Part shown: in pieces, positions 28,976 through 38,039 of the stretch
How the letters are laid out: each line of letters begins with the position of its first letter
How positions within the stretch are numbered: position 1 is the stretch's first letter
NCBI GenBank assembly: GCA_938083505.1
Contig: CALKCF010000006.1
Location: forward strand, 32,001-96,000
Source of the DNA: an uncultured archaeon
GTDB taxonomy: Archaea; Thermoproteota; Nitrososphaeria_A; Caldarchaeales; Wolframiiraptoraceae
DNA: 64,000 bases
Direction of reading: 5' to 3'
Position numbers and translations under genes: made by a program
Notes under the pieces: generated by a model
What the model was told of the DNA's origin: nothing
The model's database searches: none
Seen by the model: the letters and a program-made list of their open reading frames with translations, nothing else

Positions 28976-29905
28976 TCAGCTTACAGATTTTTCGAGAAGT
29001 TTAAGCTCCCTATGGACTTTTATAAGCCTCTTCAATATCTCGGACTTTATTTCCCTCCAATCCCTGTCTGCAGGTGCAGAGAACCGTATCTGAACGATAT
29101 AATGCTCCTTATCGCTTTGCTCGTTAATTATTATCTCCTCTATTATCCCTTTCATATCGTCCAATAATGCGTCCCTAATCCGCCCCAAGACCAAATCTGG
29201 GTCGTAATCTACCTTGAATTCGTAACGGACTTGCGATATCCTTTCTAGCTGACGCTCGGGCGTATAATTAACAAGTGCTGCGTTGAATAGTATCCTGTTC
29301 GGTATTTTTAACTCTAAACCGCTCTCTGATATCATCAATGAGTAAAGCAGACCAACCTCGATGATTCTACCCCTATAACCTACGAATATATAGTCAGGCG
29401 AAAAGTACTTGTAACCAGGCAGGAATGCCCACTGGTACGGCATCTCAGGGGTCACAAGCCTAATCTCGTCTCCGGGCTTCACGTAACCTGTAAGCAACAC
29501 TATAAGACCAGCGAAGACGTTGCTAAGCACAGGCTGTATTGCCAGACCGACTATAAGTCCAGAAAAGGTCCCTCCTAAGAGAGCTGCCTCAGGGCTTATT
29601 CCTAAAGATGCGAGAATTATGATGAGAAGTATGATGCCAGCTATTATATAAGTAAATATCTTCAGCGCGTTCGTGACAGCATAAACCTTACGCCCGTACT
29701 TGGGTATAAAAATTTTGAGGGCAAGGCCACTTATGCTGTAAACTATTAACACGACGCCTATGACCGTTAAGGTTGTATAAATGGTGTTGAGGGGAATGCT
29801 AGGCGGAATTACCTGCATACCCCATAAGAACCACATGAGTACGGCTAAGAGGCCCAAAGCTAAGATACTCATTATTATTCTCGTAGCTATTTTTCTCGCA
29901 CTCAT
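28976..29905 (-). CDS. mscS: Small-conductance mechanosensitive channel
   Basis: Several N-terminal TMs, GLAIQPVLSNVFAG, IPNR. Confidence 0.85.
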   Translation of the reverse strand: MSARKIATRIIMSILALGLLAVLMWFLWGMQVIPPSIPLNTIYTTLTVIGVVLIVYSISGLALKIFIPKYGRKVYAVTNALKIFTYIIAGIILLIIILASLGISPEAALLGGTFSGLIVGLAIQPVLSNVFAGLIVLLTGYVKPGDEIRLVTPEMPYQWAFLPGYKYFSPDYIFVGYRGRIIEVGLLYSLMISESGLELKIPNRILFNAALVNYTPERQLERISQVRYEFKVDYDPDLVLGRIRDALLDDMKGIIEEIIINEQSDKEHYIVQIRFSAPADRDWREIKSEILKRLIKVHRELKLLEKSVS

Positions 29906-30137
29906 CTCACATCAACTCGTCTATTAAGAGCAGGCTCGCTAAGACGGTGCTGGCGCGCTTTTAAACCTTGTGTTCGCATTCCGGGAATTAGTTTGGCATC
30001 TTTGAGAAAAATTTCCGATAAAATGAACTAATTACAGTAGCATACTACACTTTAGTAATACAATAAAATATAGAGATATAAAATTATTAAAAAATTAAAT
30101 ATTATTAAATTCAAGAAATTATGTGGGGTCAATCTGT

Positions 30138-32078
30138 ATGGGCCTAACGATGGCCCAGAAGATAATAAAAGAGCACCTTGTTAGTGGAAAACCTGAGCCT
30201 GGCGAGGTTGTTTCTATAAAAGTTGACCAAGTCCTGATGCAGGACGCGACGGGTACAATGGTTATGCTAGAATTTGAAGCAATGGGCATCCCACGTGTAA
30301 AGGTTCCGCTGGCTGTAGTTTATGTCGACCACAACACACTCCAGATCGACAACCTAAACGCTGACGACCACGTATTCTTAAGGACCGTGGCGGCGAAGTA
30401 CGGCGCATATTACTCTAGACCTGGGAACGGTATCTGCCATCAAGTACACTTAGAGAGGTTCGCAGTTCCTGGGCAAGTACTACTCGGTTCTGATAGCCAT
30501 ACACCAACAGCTGGTGGTATGGGCATGCTGGCCATAGGTGTCGGCGGTCTGGAAGTTGCGGCCGCGATGGCGGGAGAGCCCTATGAGTTCAAAGTGCCCG
30601 AAATCGTCAAAGTTATCCTTGAAGGCGAGTTGAAAAGACCCTGGGTTACAGCCATGGACATCGTGTTCGAGTTGTTGAGAAGGTTTACGGTTAAGGGTGG
30701 TGTCGGAAAGATATTTGAGTACGTCGGTCCCGGTGTTAAGACGCTCACGGTAACCGAGAGAGCGACTGTAGCTAACTTTGGAGCGGAACTAGGTTTAACA
30801 ACGTCAATATTTCCATCAGACGAAAGGACGAGGCACTACCTTGAAGCCCAAGGTAGAGGAAGTGTGTGGAGGGAAATAAGCCCTGACCCTGACGCAGAAT
30901 ATGTGGATACTATCGCTTTGAACCTGAGCGAGTTAGAACCTTACGTCGCCAAGCCGCACCAACCCGATAACGTCGTGAAAATAAGCGAGCTCAAGGGCAT
31001 AAAAGTAGATCAGGTATGTATCGGAAGTTGCACAAACTCATCATATCAAATAATGAAGGCTGTAGCCCAGATACTTAAGGGGAGGGGTGTTGCGCCGCAC
31101 GTTAGCATGACGATCTCACCGGGATCCAGGCAAGTTTACGAGATGTTAGCCAGGGAAGGTGCATTGGCTGACATGATAGCAGCTGGTGCAAGGATTCTCG
31201 AAGCGGCATGCGGTCCTTGTATAGGCATGGGTCAAGCACCACCCTACAACGGCGTTTCTGTTAGGTCCTTTAATAGGAACTTTAAGGGTAGGTCGGGAAC
31301 GTCCGAAGCAAGTGTCTACTTGGTCAACCCGCTTGTAGCAACGTATATAGCTTTAAAGGGAGAATTCGCAGACCCAAGAGAGTCCGATATCAACGTCACA
31401 TACGTCGAAGAACCTGAGCGCTTTTTGATAAACGATAACATGATAATCCCCCCATCACAAACGCCCGAGGCTGTTGAGGTGATAAAAGGACCAAACATAA
31501 AGGAGGTGCCTATAAAGGAACCTTTAGCAGAATCTTTAACCGCTAAGGTTTTGATAAAGGTTGGCGACAATATAAGCACAGACGACATACTTCCGGCAGG
31601 TGCGAAGATTTTACCACTAAGGTCAAACATACCTGAAATATCGAAGTACACCTTCAGCAGGATAGACCCTAATTTCTACGAAAGGGCACGGGCCGCAAAG
31701 GCTGGGATAATAGTAGCTGGCGAGAACTACGGCCAGGGCTCTTCAAGGGAGCATGCAGCAATCGCGCCCATGTACCTAGGCGTGAAGGCCGTAATAGCTA
31801 AGTCTCTAGCCAGAATACATAAAGAGAATTTAATCAACTTTGGAATAATCCCGTTGACGTTCAAAGAACCATCGGACTACGATAGGATAGATGTTGATGA
31901 TGAGTTAGAAATTCCAAAACTGGCAGAAGCTGTAAGAAAAGGTGAGCCGATAAGAATCATAAACAAGACAAAAGTTATAGAATTCGTTGCAACGTATAGC
32001 CTCATTGAGAAGCAAAAGGAAGTGTTGTTGGAAGGTGGTCTCCTTTCCTACATAAAGAAGAAGGCACGAACATCCTGA
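30138..32078 (+). CDS. Aconitate hydratase
   Basis: QDATG, DHN, GICHQVH, DSHT, IGSCTN, CGPCIG, STDDI, NYGQGSSREHAA. ATG 30138 preferred as start. Confidence 0.92.
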   Translation: MGLTMAQKIIKEHLVSGKPEPGEVVSIKVDQVLMQDATGTMVMLEFEAMGIPRVKVPLAVVYVDHNTLQIDNLNADDHVFLRTVAAKYGAYYSRPGNGICHQVHLERFAVPGQVLLGSDSHTPTAGGMGMLAIGVGGLEVAAAMAGEPYEFKVPEIVKVILEGELKRPWVTAMDIVFELLRRFTVKGGVGKIFEYVGPGVKTLTVTERATVANFGAELGLTTSIFPSDERTRHYLEAQGRGSVWREISPDPDAEYVDTIALNLSELEPYVAKPHQPDNVVKISELKGIKVDQVCIGSCTNSSYQIMKAVAQILKGRGVAPHVSMTISPGSRQVYEMLAREGALADMIAAGARILEAACGPCIGMGQAPPYNGVSVRSFNRNFKGRSGTSEASVYLVNPLVATYIALKGEFADPRESDINVTYVEEPERFLINDNMIIPPSQTPEAVEVIKGPNIKEVPIKEPLAESLTAKVLIKVGDNISTDDILPAGAKILPLRSNIPEISKYTFSRIDPNFYERARAAKAGIIVAGENYGQGSSREHAAIAPMYLGVKAVIAKSLARIHKENLINFGIIPLTFKEPSDYDRIDVDDELEIPKLAEAVRKGEPIRIINKTKVIEFVATYSLIEKQKEVLLEGGLLSYIKKKARTS

Positions 32079-32193
32079 ATGTCAGCTGACGTATGCATTT
32101 TAGCTGTGCACCTTTGGTGGATGGAGGGCATAACTATATATCTTCCCGGTCGGAAAGAATCATGAATACACGCAAGTAAAACGGGTGGGTCTT

Positions 32194-32649
32194 TTGCCAA
32201 CGAGGTTAAGAAAAATAAGAAAACTAAGGGGTTCGAGGACGTGCGGCTGGGGGCAGATAGGGCAACATAGAAAGCATGGCTCTAAAGGAGGTAGAGGTAT
32301 GGCGGGAAGCCATAAGCACAAGTGGACTTGGATTTTGAAGTATGCGCCCGACTATTTCGGCAAGCATGGTTTCTTTAGACCGAATATGAGGGTTTACAGG
32401 ACAATTAACCTAAAACAACTCTGCGAAATTGCTGAGGCGATTGAAAAAAGCGAAAACGCACAGAAGATAGACAATATGCTGCTTGTAAACCTCAATTCCA
32501 TGGGTATAGAAAAGGTCTTGGGCGGTGGCGATGTTTATAAGCCGCTATTGGTTGTCGCGGAGAGATGGACTGAGCAGGCAAGTAAAAAAATATCTGATGC
32601 TGGGGGCAAAATTATAAAGCCTGACGAGCTAACCGCTTTAATAGGATAA
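32194..32649 (+). CDS. rpl15: 50S ribosomal protein uL15
   Basis: RKLRGSRTCGWG..GQHRKHGSKGGRG, YFGKHGF; TTG start after GGGTGGG. Confidence 0.96.
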   Translation: MPTRLRKIRKLRGSRTCGWGQIGQHRKHGSKGGRGMAGSHKHKWTWILKYAPDYFGKHGFFRPNMRVYRTINLKQLCEIAEAIEKSENAQKIDNMLLVNLNSMGIEKVLGGGDVYKPLLVVAERWTEQASKKISDAGGKIIKPDELTALIG

Positions 32650-32656
32650 AGCGGAC

Positions 32657-34090
32657 GTGGAACGGTTGTCGGCAGCAAGAGGGCTCATTGAAAGCATAAG
32701 CCGGTTTATGCCAGAAGTAGCTAGACCAACGAGGAAAATTGGTCTAGCTGAAAAGCTCGTGTGGACGGCCTTGGCTATGCTCATATACCTCATCATGGGA
32801 GAGGTGTACCTTTATGGTGTACCGAGGGGACAAGTTACTGAACAAATCTTTATACTCCATGTTGTTTTCGCTCAAAAAACTGGAACTTTGACTACGCTCG
32901 GTATTGGACCAATAGTCACGGCTGGCATACTCCTCCAGTTGTTGGTCGGTGCGGAAATAATAAAATTGGATTTAAAGAAACCTGAGGATAGGGCACTTTT
33001 TACGTCCGCAAGCAAGATTCTATCACTTGTGGTTGCCGCAATTCAAGCGCTCGCATTCAGTGTGAGTGGTATGTTTGGTACAATAACGACGGTGCAAGCA
33101 GCTTTAATATTCATCCAGCTTATGATAGCTACATTCGTAATAATGATGCTTGATGAGTTGATACAAAGAGGTTGGGGGCTCGGTAGCGGCATAAGTTTGT
33201 TCATAGCTGTCGGTGTTGCACAAGATATAATGATTAAGTTGTTTTCGCCAATGATTGTATCCCCAGATGGGCTTTATCAGGGAGTCATACTTGCGACGTT
33301 CCAATCGCTCCTTTCTGGAGGGGGAATATCTCCAGTAATCATGCGCACTCACAACATGCCAGACCTTGTTGGTTTCATGACAACCATCATTCTAATTTTG
33401 GTGGTGATATATCTTAACGCGGTTGAGGTCGACATACCAATATCCTACGCCAAGTTCTCTGGATTCAGAGCAAAGTATCCAGTGAAGTTGCTTTACGTCT
33501 CAGTCATACCAGTAATCTTTGCTAGCATGATATTCGGCAACGTTTATTATCTAGCGTCAATTTTATGGAATACTTACAATCAAGATGGGAATAACGTCTT
33601 TTTGAATTTGTTAGGTACATTCAAGAAGACTGAAGGGGGACAAATAGTACCGACAGGTGGGTTAGCCTACTACGTGACATCACCTGGTTCTATAGAAGGT
33701 TTATTGAAAGACCCGATTAGGGGCATCGCATACGCTGGACTGCTCATCGCGCTTTGTCTACTATTTGCTAAGTTTTGGGTAAATATAGGCGGACTAAGTC
33801 CTTCGAAAGTGGCGGAGCAATTAGTCAGCGCAGGTATGCAAGTCCCTGGATTCAGGAGGGCGCCTGAAGTTATAGAAAAAATAATAGGGAAATACATTTC
33901 GACAGTCACGGTATTGGGAGCGATACTCGTTGGACTTATAGCAGGTGTCGCAGATTATACCAACACCTTCGGAACCGGTACTGGTCTCCTCTTGTTGATA
34001 GGAATTATGTACCAGTACTACCAACTCTTAGTTAGGGAGAGGCTTACAGAGATGTATCCAGCATTGGGTAAGATCCTCGGTGAGACCTGA
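32657..34090 (+). CDS. secY: Preprotein translocase SecY
   Basis: LGIGPIVTAGI, GWGLGSGISLFI, YPVKLLYVSVIPVIF, VPGFRR, GTGTGLLL. Confidence 0.97.
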   Translation: MERLSAARGLIESISRFMPEVARPTRKIGLAEKLVWTALAMLIYLIMGEVYLYGVPRGQVTEQIFILHVVFAQKTGTLTTLGIGPIVTAGILLQLLVGAEIIKLDLKKPEDRALFTSASKILSLVVAAIQALAFSVSGMFGTITTVQAALIFIQLMIATFVIMMLDELIQRGWGLGSGISLFIAVGVAQDIMIKLFSPMIVSPDGLYQGVILATFQSLLSGGGISPVIMRTHNMPDLVGFMTTIILILVVIYLNAVEVDIPISYAKFSGFRAKYPVKLLYVSVIPVIFASMIFGNVYYLASILWNTYNQDGNNVFLNLLGTFKKTEGGQIVPTGGLAYYVTSPGSIEGLLKDPIRGIAYAGLLIALCLLFAKFWVNIGGLSPSKVAEQLVSAGMQVPGFRRAPEVIEKIIGKYISTVTVLGAILVGLIAGVADYTNTFGTGTGLLLLIGIMYQYYQLLVRERLTEMYPALGKILGET

Positions 34091-34602
34091 TGAATCCAAG
34101 TAGTTTTTCTATGCTACTTATAATAATCATAGCGATACTGACAGTATCAATAACAAATTTCATCAGAAAGTCCATAATTAAAAAACAAGATATGGAAAAG
34201 ATGATAGAGGCAAACTTATTTAGGCAAGAACTTATGAGGGCAAAGAGGCGAGGCGATCAGAAAACCATTCAGAAGCTAGAAAAGCGGATGGATTATATAA
34301 AGAAGATAGAGTTCGAGATCATGAAGAAGAATCTTGTGGTAATGATAATCAGCATGGCACTTTTTCTAGGTGTATATTGTATCATGTCCATGTCTTTCGG
34401 CGATATCGGAGTACCACTACCTGGCGACTTTTTTATACCTCTTATAACTCAAGAAGGTGCGTTAACTTTTTATGGATGGTACATCTTAGTGTTCTTTGCA
34501 ATAAGTTTGCCTCTCTCTAAGGCATTTGGTCTAGGTATGATGGGTGGTGGTCTTGCCGAGAAGAGCTCTCAGGACAAGAAGCAGGAAAAGAAAGCTAGTT
34601 AG
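34090..34602 (+). CDS. DUF106 / EMC3-TMCO1 (Oxa1-superfamily) membrane protein
   Basis: TM, coiled coil, two TMs, FYGWYIL; conserved position after secY. Confidence 0.8.
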   Translation: MNPSSFSMLLIIIIAILTVSITNFIRKSIIKKQDMEKMIEANLFRQELMRAKRRGDQKTIQKLEKRMDYIKKIEFEIMKKNLVVMIISMALFLGVYCIMSMSFGDIGVPLPGDFFIPLITQEGALTFYGWYILVFFAISLPLSKAFGLGMMGGGLAEKSSQDKKQEKKAS

Positions 34603-34843
34603 AAAACCGGGCGGTAAGCTCGTTATTCACTACTTTGCTGAAAGACCAGGAGTGCCACGTTGTGGTAAGTGCGGTAAACCGCTGCACGGTATCTGTGTCG
34701 AAAAACCTTCAAAGACCTCCAAAAGTGAGAGAACGGTATCGAGGATTTATGGAGGAAATATTTGCTTCTCTTGTCTAAAAGAAGCGCTAACGAACCATGC
34801 ATACGATCTTTGGACAGCATATGAAGCGCAAGTTGGACGGTGA
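34553..34843 (+). CDS. rpl34e: 50S ribosomal protein L34e
   Basis: (M)PRRALRTRS..VRKPGG, CGKCGKPL.G, R.YGGNIC..C; TTG 34553 after GGTGGTGG. Confidence 0.93.
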   Translation: MPRRALRTRSRKRKLVRKPGGKLVIHYFAERPGVPRCGKCGKPLHGICVEKPSKTSKSERTVSRIYGGNICFSCLKEALTNHAYDLWTAYEAQVGR

Positions 34844-34895
34844 TACATCATTTAGAAAAAGCTTTTTACGTTAGGAGAAAATTTACAAGAACACC

Positions 34896-35009
34896 ATGTC
34901 GCTGGAGGCATTCTTTGATCAAGTGAGGCTAAACATTTATTGGCTGGTCTTGTTCGTGTTGTTTTTAGTGCTAACGTACATTGTGAAAACTCGTGGTGAG
35001 AAAGCCTGA
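34896..35009 (+). CDS. Putative 37-aa single-TM small protein
   Basis: MSLEAFFDQVRLNIYWLVLFVLFLVLTYIVKTRGEKA: a hydrophobic stretch followed by basic residues. Its TGA overlaps the inferred priS start. Confidence 0.6.
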   Translation: MSLEAFFDQVRLNIYWLVLFVLFLVLTYIVKTRGEKA

Positions 35010-36244
35010 GCTTCCTAACAAGCGAAGATGCCGAATACGTCCATACATTTTTTAGCGAATATTACACAAAAAACGCAGAGAACGTATACATACCCAACAT
35101 GATTGAAAGAAGGGAATTTGGCTATTTCACCTTCGGGCAAAAGATCATGATAAGACACGTATCATTAAAGAGCCCGTCCGAACTGTTTGAGTTGATAAAA
35201 AAAGCAACACCTTTGCATATGTACTACTCGGCTGCCCACTACCGATACCCCCAAGCCCCAATGGAGGAAAAGGTGTGGTTGGGTGCAGAGCTTATATTTG
35301 ACATAGATGCTGACCACCTGAACCTTCCGTGCAAAGAAAGACATGACTTTTCGATATGTGAAGACTGCAGAAGTATGCTATCACCTACATCAGAGCGGTG
35401 CAGTACTTGTGGTAGCATAAAGGTTAGACGTACTGACTGGGTTTGTGAAAACTGTATAGAGGCAGCAAAAGGAGAAATTCATAAACTTTTGGAGTTCCTT
35501 GAGGTGGATTTCGGCATTTCATATTCGAAGATTTCGGTGAATTTTTCAGGAAATAGAGGTTTCCATACAGTAGTAAACGATGAGGGACTTTTTACACTCG
35601 ACCAGATGTCAAGAAAGGAGATCACTGATTACATTCTCGGAAGTGGGCTTGACTTTGCACTTTATGGGATACCAATTGATAGAAGACGTTACCCCTCAGC
35701 AAAGTTCGAATATACGGACGGTTCATGGAGAGGTAGGTTGGCAAGAGCCGCTTTTGAGGTCATTAAAGACCTCCATAAACCACGCATCGCTGATAGAATG
35801 GTAAAGCTGATTGGGAATAAGGAATACAATAAACTATTGCAGATAAAAGACTCGTTGCTAAAGTCGTGGCTGGACTCCCCTAAGTGGGATGCTCTAAAAC
35901 CCAGCGTCACAAAAGCGATTGCGACATTGGCGATAGAGGAAGCGAGGGGCATGATAGACAGCATTGTTACGACGGACATTCATCGGCTTATAAGACTTAC
36001 TAACACGCTGAACGGAAAGACCGGGTTTTTGGCAAAAAAGCTTGAACACGATACATTGGATCAATTCAATCCCTTTACGGATGCTGTCGTAATGCCTGAC
36101 GAGCCGTGTAGGGTGCACGTAATATACATGCCAAAAACCCGCATTCTTGACGAATGGTATGGACCTTATAAGAACGAGTATGTAAAAATACCAACCTACC
36201 TCGCTGTCTTACTACTCTGCAAAGGTATTGCGACCATCACATGA
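35006..36244 (+). CDS. priS: DNA primase small (catalytic) subunit, inferred CTG start
   Basis: REFGY, YYSAAHY, ELIFDIDAD, FSGNRGFH, ID.IVTTDIHRLIR. The conserved FSEYY segment lies upstream of ATG 35099. Confidence 0.93.
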   Translation: MSFLTSEDAEYVHTFFSEYYTKNAENVYIPNMIERREFGYFTFGQKIMIRHVSLKSPSELFELIKKATPLHMYYSAAHYRYPQAPMEEKVWLGAELIFDIDADHLNLPCKERHDFSICEDCRSMLSPTSERCSTCGSIKVRRTDWVCENCIEAAKGEIHKLLEFLEVDFGISYSKISVNFSGNRGFHTVVNDEGLFTLDQMSRKEITDYILGSGLDFALYGIPIDRRRYPSAKFEYTDGSWRGRLARAAFEVIKDLHKPRIADRMVKLIGNKEYNKLLQIKDSLLKSWLDSPKWDALKPSVTKAIATLAIEEARGMIDSIVTTDIHRLIRLTNTLNGKTGFLAKKLEHDTLDQFNPFTDAVVMPDEPCRVHVIYMPKTRILDEWYGPYKNEYVKIPTYLAVLLLCKGIATIT

Positions 36245-36284
36245 TAAGGTAACAGTTTAAGAGTTAGGATTTCATAACGTTGAT

Positions 36285-36854
36285 GTGATGTCGGAAGGGA
36301 CTGTAGAAGATTTTTACGAGGAGCTTATGAGTGTATGGCTTAAAGAGAGGATGCAGGAAAATCTTGCGCCTATGCCGCAAGATTTTGAGACCAAATTGTA
36401 CGCCTATGCATCTTCGGTGAGACAACAACTGAAAGTGTCCGACAAAAAGGCGGTATCAACATTAATCAAGTACGCAGAGTTAGATGTTGTTAAAAAATTA
36501 TTATATTCACTTTTTGAAATAAGGTTTAGAAAAATTATTCGTGCTATAATCAAAGGTGCCCAGCTTAATAACCTTCTAAAGGTGGAGAAGAGGTTCGTCG
36601 AGGAACTTTCTAAGTTAATTTACGAGTATAAAGGGCGGATAAATTCTATCGCATACGAGCTCAGGATTCCAAAACTTGTAGAAAGGCCAGCAAAGTATAA
36701 AGTTGTTTGCTTTATGCAGACATTTCCAAAGATTGTATGCGAAGACCTGAAGCACTATGGACCGTTTAGACAATACGATATTGCCGCTTTACCACTAGAA
36801 AGTGCCAAGCTGCTTGTAGCAAAACAAGCAGTAAGGCTTTTAGAGTTGACTTAG
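36285..36854 (+). CDS. GINS subunit (Gins15/51-type)
   Basis: Helical A domain (IRFRKII) plus C-terminal beta B domain (HYGPF..YDIAALP..AKLLV); follows priS. Confidence 0.75.
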   Translation: MMSEGTVEDFYEELMSVWLKERMQENLAPMPQDFETKLYAYASSVRQQLKVSDKKAVSTLIKYAELDVVKKLLYSLFEIRFRKIIRAIIKGAQLNNLLKVEKRFVEELSKLIYEYKGRINSIAYELRIPKLVERPAKYKVVCFMQTFPKIVCEDLKHYGPFRQYDIAALPLESAKLLVAKQAVRLLELT

Positions 36855-38032
36855 GAATGTGTCACCGTCCAAGTGAACAATTCGTCGCCATGATAGGATA
36901 GCAACATACAACCTATAATGAGCTTCTTAGGGACTGCATCGACCTTCGTATAAATTTTAACAACATTCCTTTTGCTATCTATATCGCTTAAAAGCCCTAT
37001 ACCCAAGCAACGCCCGTCAGCATCAAATAAGTATGACAGAATACCTATCTTATTTTTTAAAAGCGATTCTGTGTTTAACAGTTGCGTATTTGTAGTCTCC
37101 GTATTGTAAACATCTATCAGAGATTTTACATGTTGTAAAGGATTGACCGTTACGTTATATGCTTCCGTGGGTATCGTTGAAAGCTTAAGCCAAGAAAGCG
37201 GCATGGTCTTTATGGAACCATCCTTTAAGTATCTCCTGAATGAGCTTTCTCTAAGCCTTTTGCGTGCGCCATGGTCCCGCCTGTACACATACCCCGATTT
37301 GTCCACAACGGCGCATTCTATACCAACTTCCCTACAATAGCTCTCAACCTTTTCCTGCGATTTATCGAGGAATACTACAAGAGAGGGGTTAATAACGTTG
37401 AGAAGGTTAACCTTATGTTCCTCTGCGTCCTTGCCCTCTATCCAACCATCACAATCGATAACTGTATAACATTCTTCGTTAAATGTGTAATTGATGAGTT
37501 CGCCAGTTTTTTTGATGTGATATTCCTTCGCAAATGAAGGTGATGTGAAACCAATAGGTATCATAAAGTCCGCCTTAAGTTGGTAAATGTCTGGGACTTG
37601 TTTTGTTATTAAAACAGACCCCACAGTAGTGGGTGGACATATATTCGATTGACCTAAGTCTAAGTCTATCAAGCACACTTTTTTATACTCGCTCAATAAC
37701 GAGTTTGTGATGAAAGTAGTTAAGGATGTCTTCCCTGAATCTGTTCCCCCCATTATTATAATCTTCTTATGATTCTTAACAGTTTGAGATGCCAATGTTT
37801 TCCAATCCTCCGGTATGGTGTCTTGGTCCACTATCTCAACCGATGAGTCCTCTCCTAAGCTCAGCTCGACCTCCATACCTACATCTGTAAATATTGGTAG
37901 CGCTCTTGAGTCCCTTACGAAGAGTGGTTTTTTTTGGGTTAATGTATACCCGAAGACCCTTCCAGAGCCCGATAGTAGCTTCACAGATGCTGGACCTTTA
38001 ACAATCAGGGTCTTGCCGGCCCCTACGTTCAT
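36851..38032 (-). CDS. Clp1/Grc3-family polynucleotide 5'-kinase
   Basis: GGTDSGKTS, DLDLGQSNICPP, DCDGW, RKRLRE. Confidence 0.85.
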   Translation of the reverse strand: MNVGAGKTLIVKGPASVKLLSGSGRVFGYTLTQKKPLFVRDSRALPIFTDVGMEVELSLGEDSSVEIVDQDTIPEDWKTLASQTVKNHKKIIIMGGTDSGKTSLTTFITNSLLSEYKKVCLIDLDLGQSNICPPTTVGSVLITKQVPDIYQLKADFMIPIGFTSPSFAKEYHIKKTGELINYTFNEECYTVIDCDGWIEGKDAEEHKVNLLNVINPSLVVFLDKSQEKVESYCREVGIECAVVDKSGYVYRRDHGARKRLRESSFRRYLKDGSIKTMPLSWLKLSTIPTEAYNVTVNPLQHVKSLIDVYNTETTNTQLLNTESLLKNKIGILSYLFDADGRCLGIGLLSDIDSKRNVVKIYTKVDAVPKKLIIGCMLLSYHGDELFTWTVTHS

Positions 38033-38039
38033 AAAGCCC

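Noticed and set aside
29985-30112. AATTAGTT/AACTAATT inverted repeat and ATTATTAAA direct repeats upstream of aconitase
   Set aside because: Short, low-complexity matches in very AT-rich promoter DNA.
22994-32078. Impression of higher GC in the trm1-aconitase block (foreign or chimeric segment)
   Set aside because: Spot counts overlapped with other coding regions. A sliding-window GC/GC3 calculation is needed, and the genes are core.
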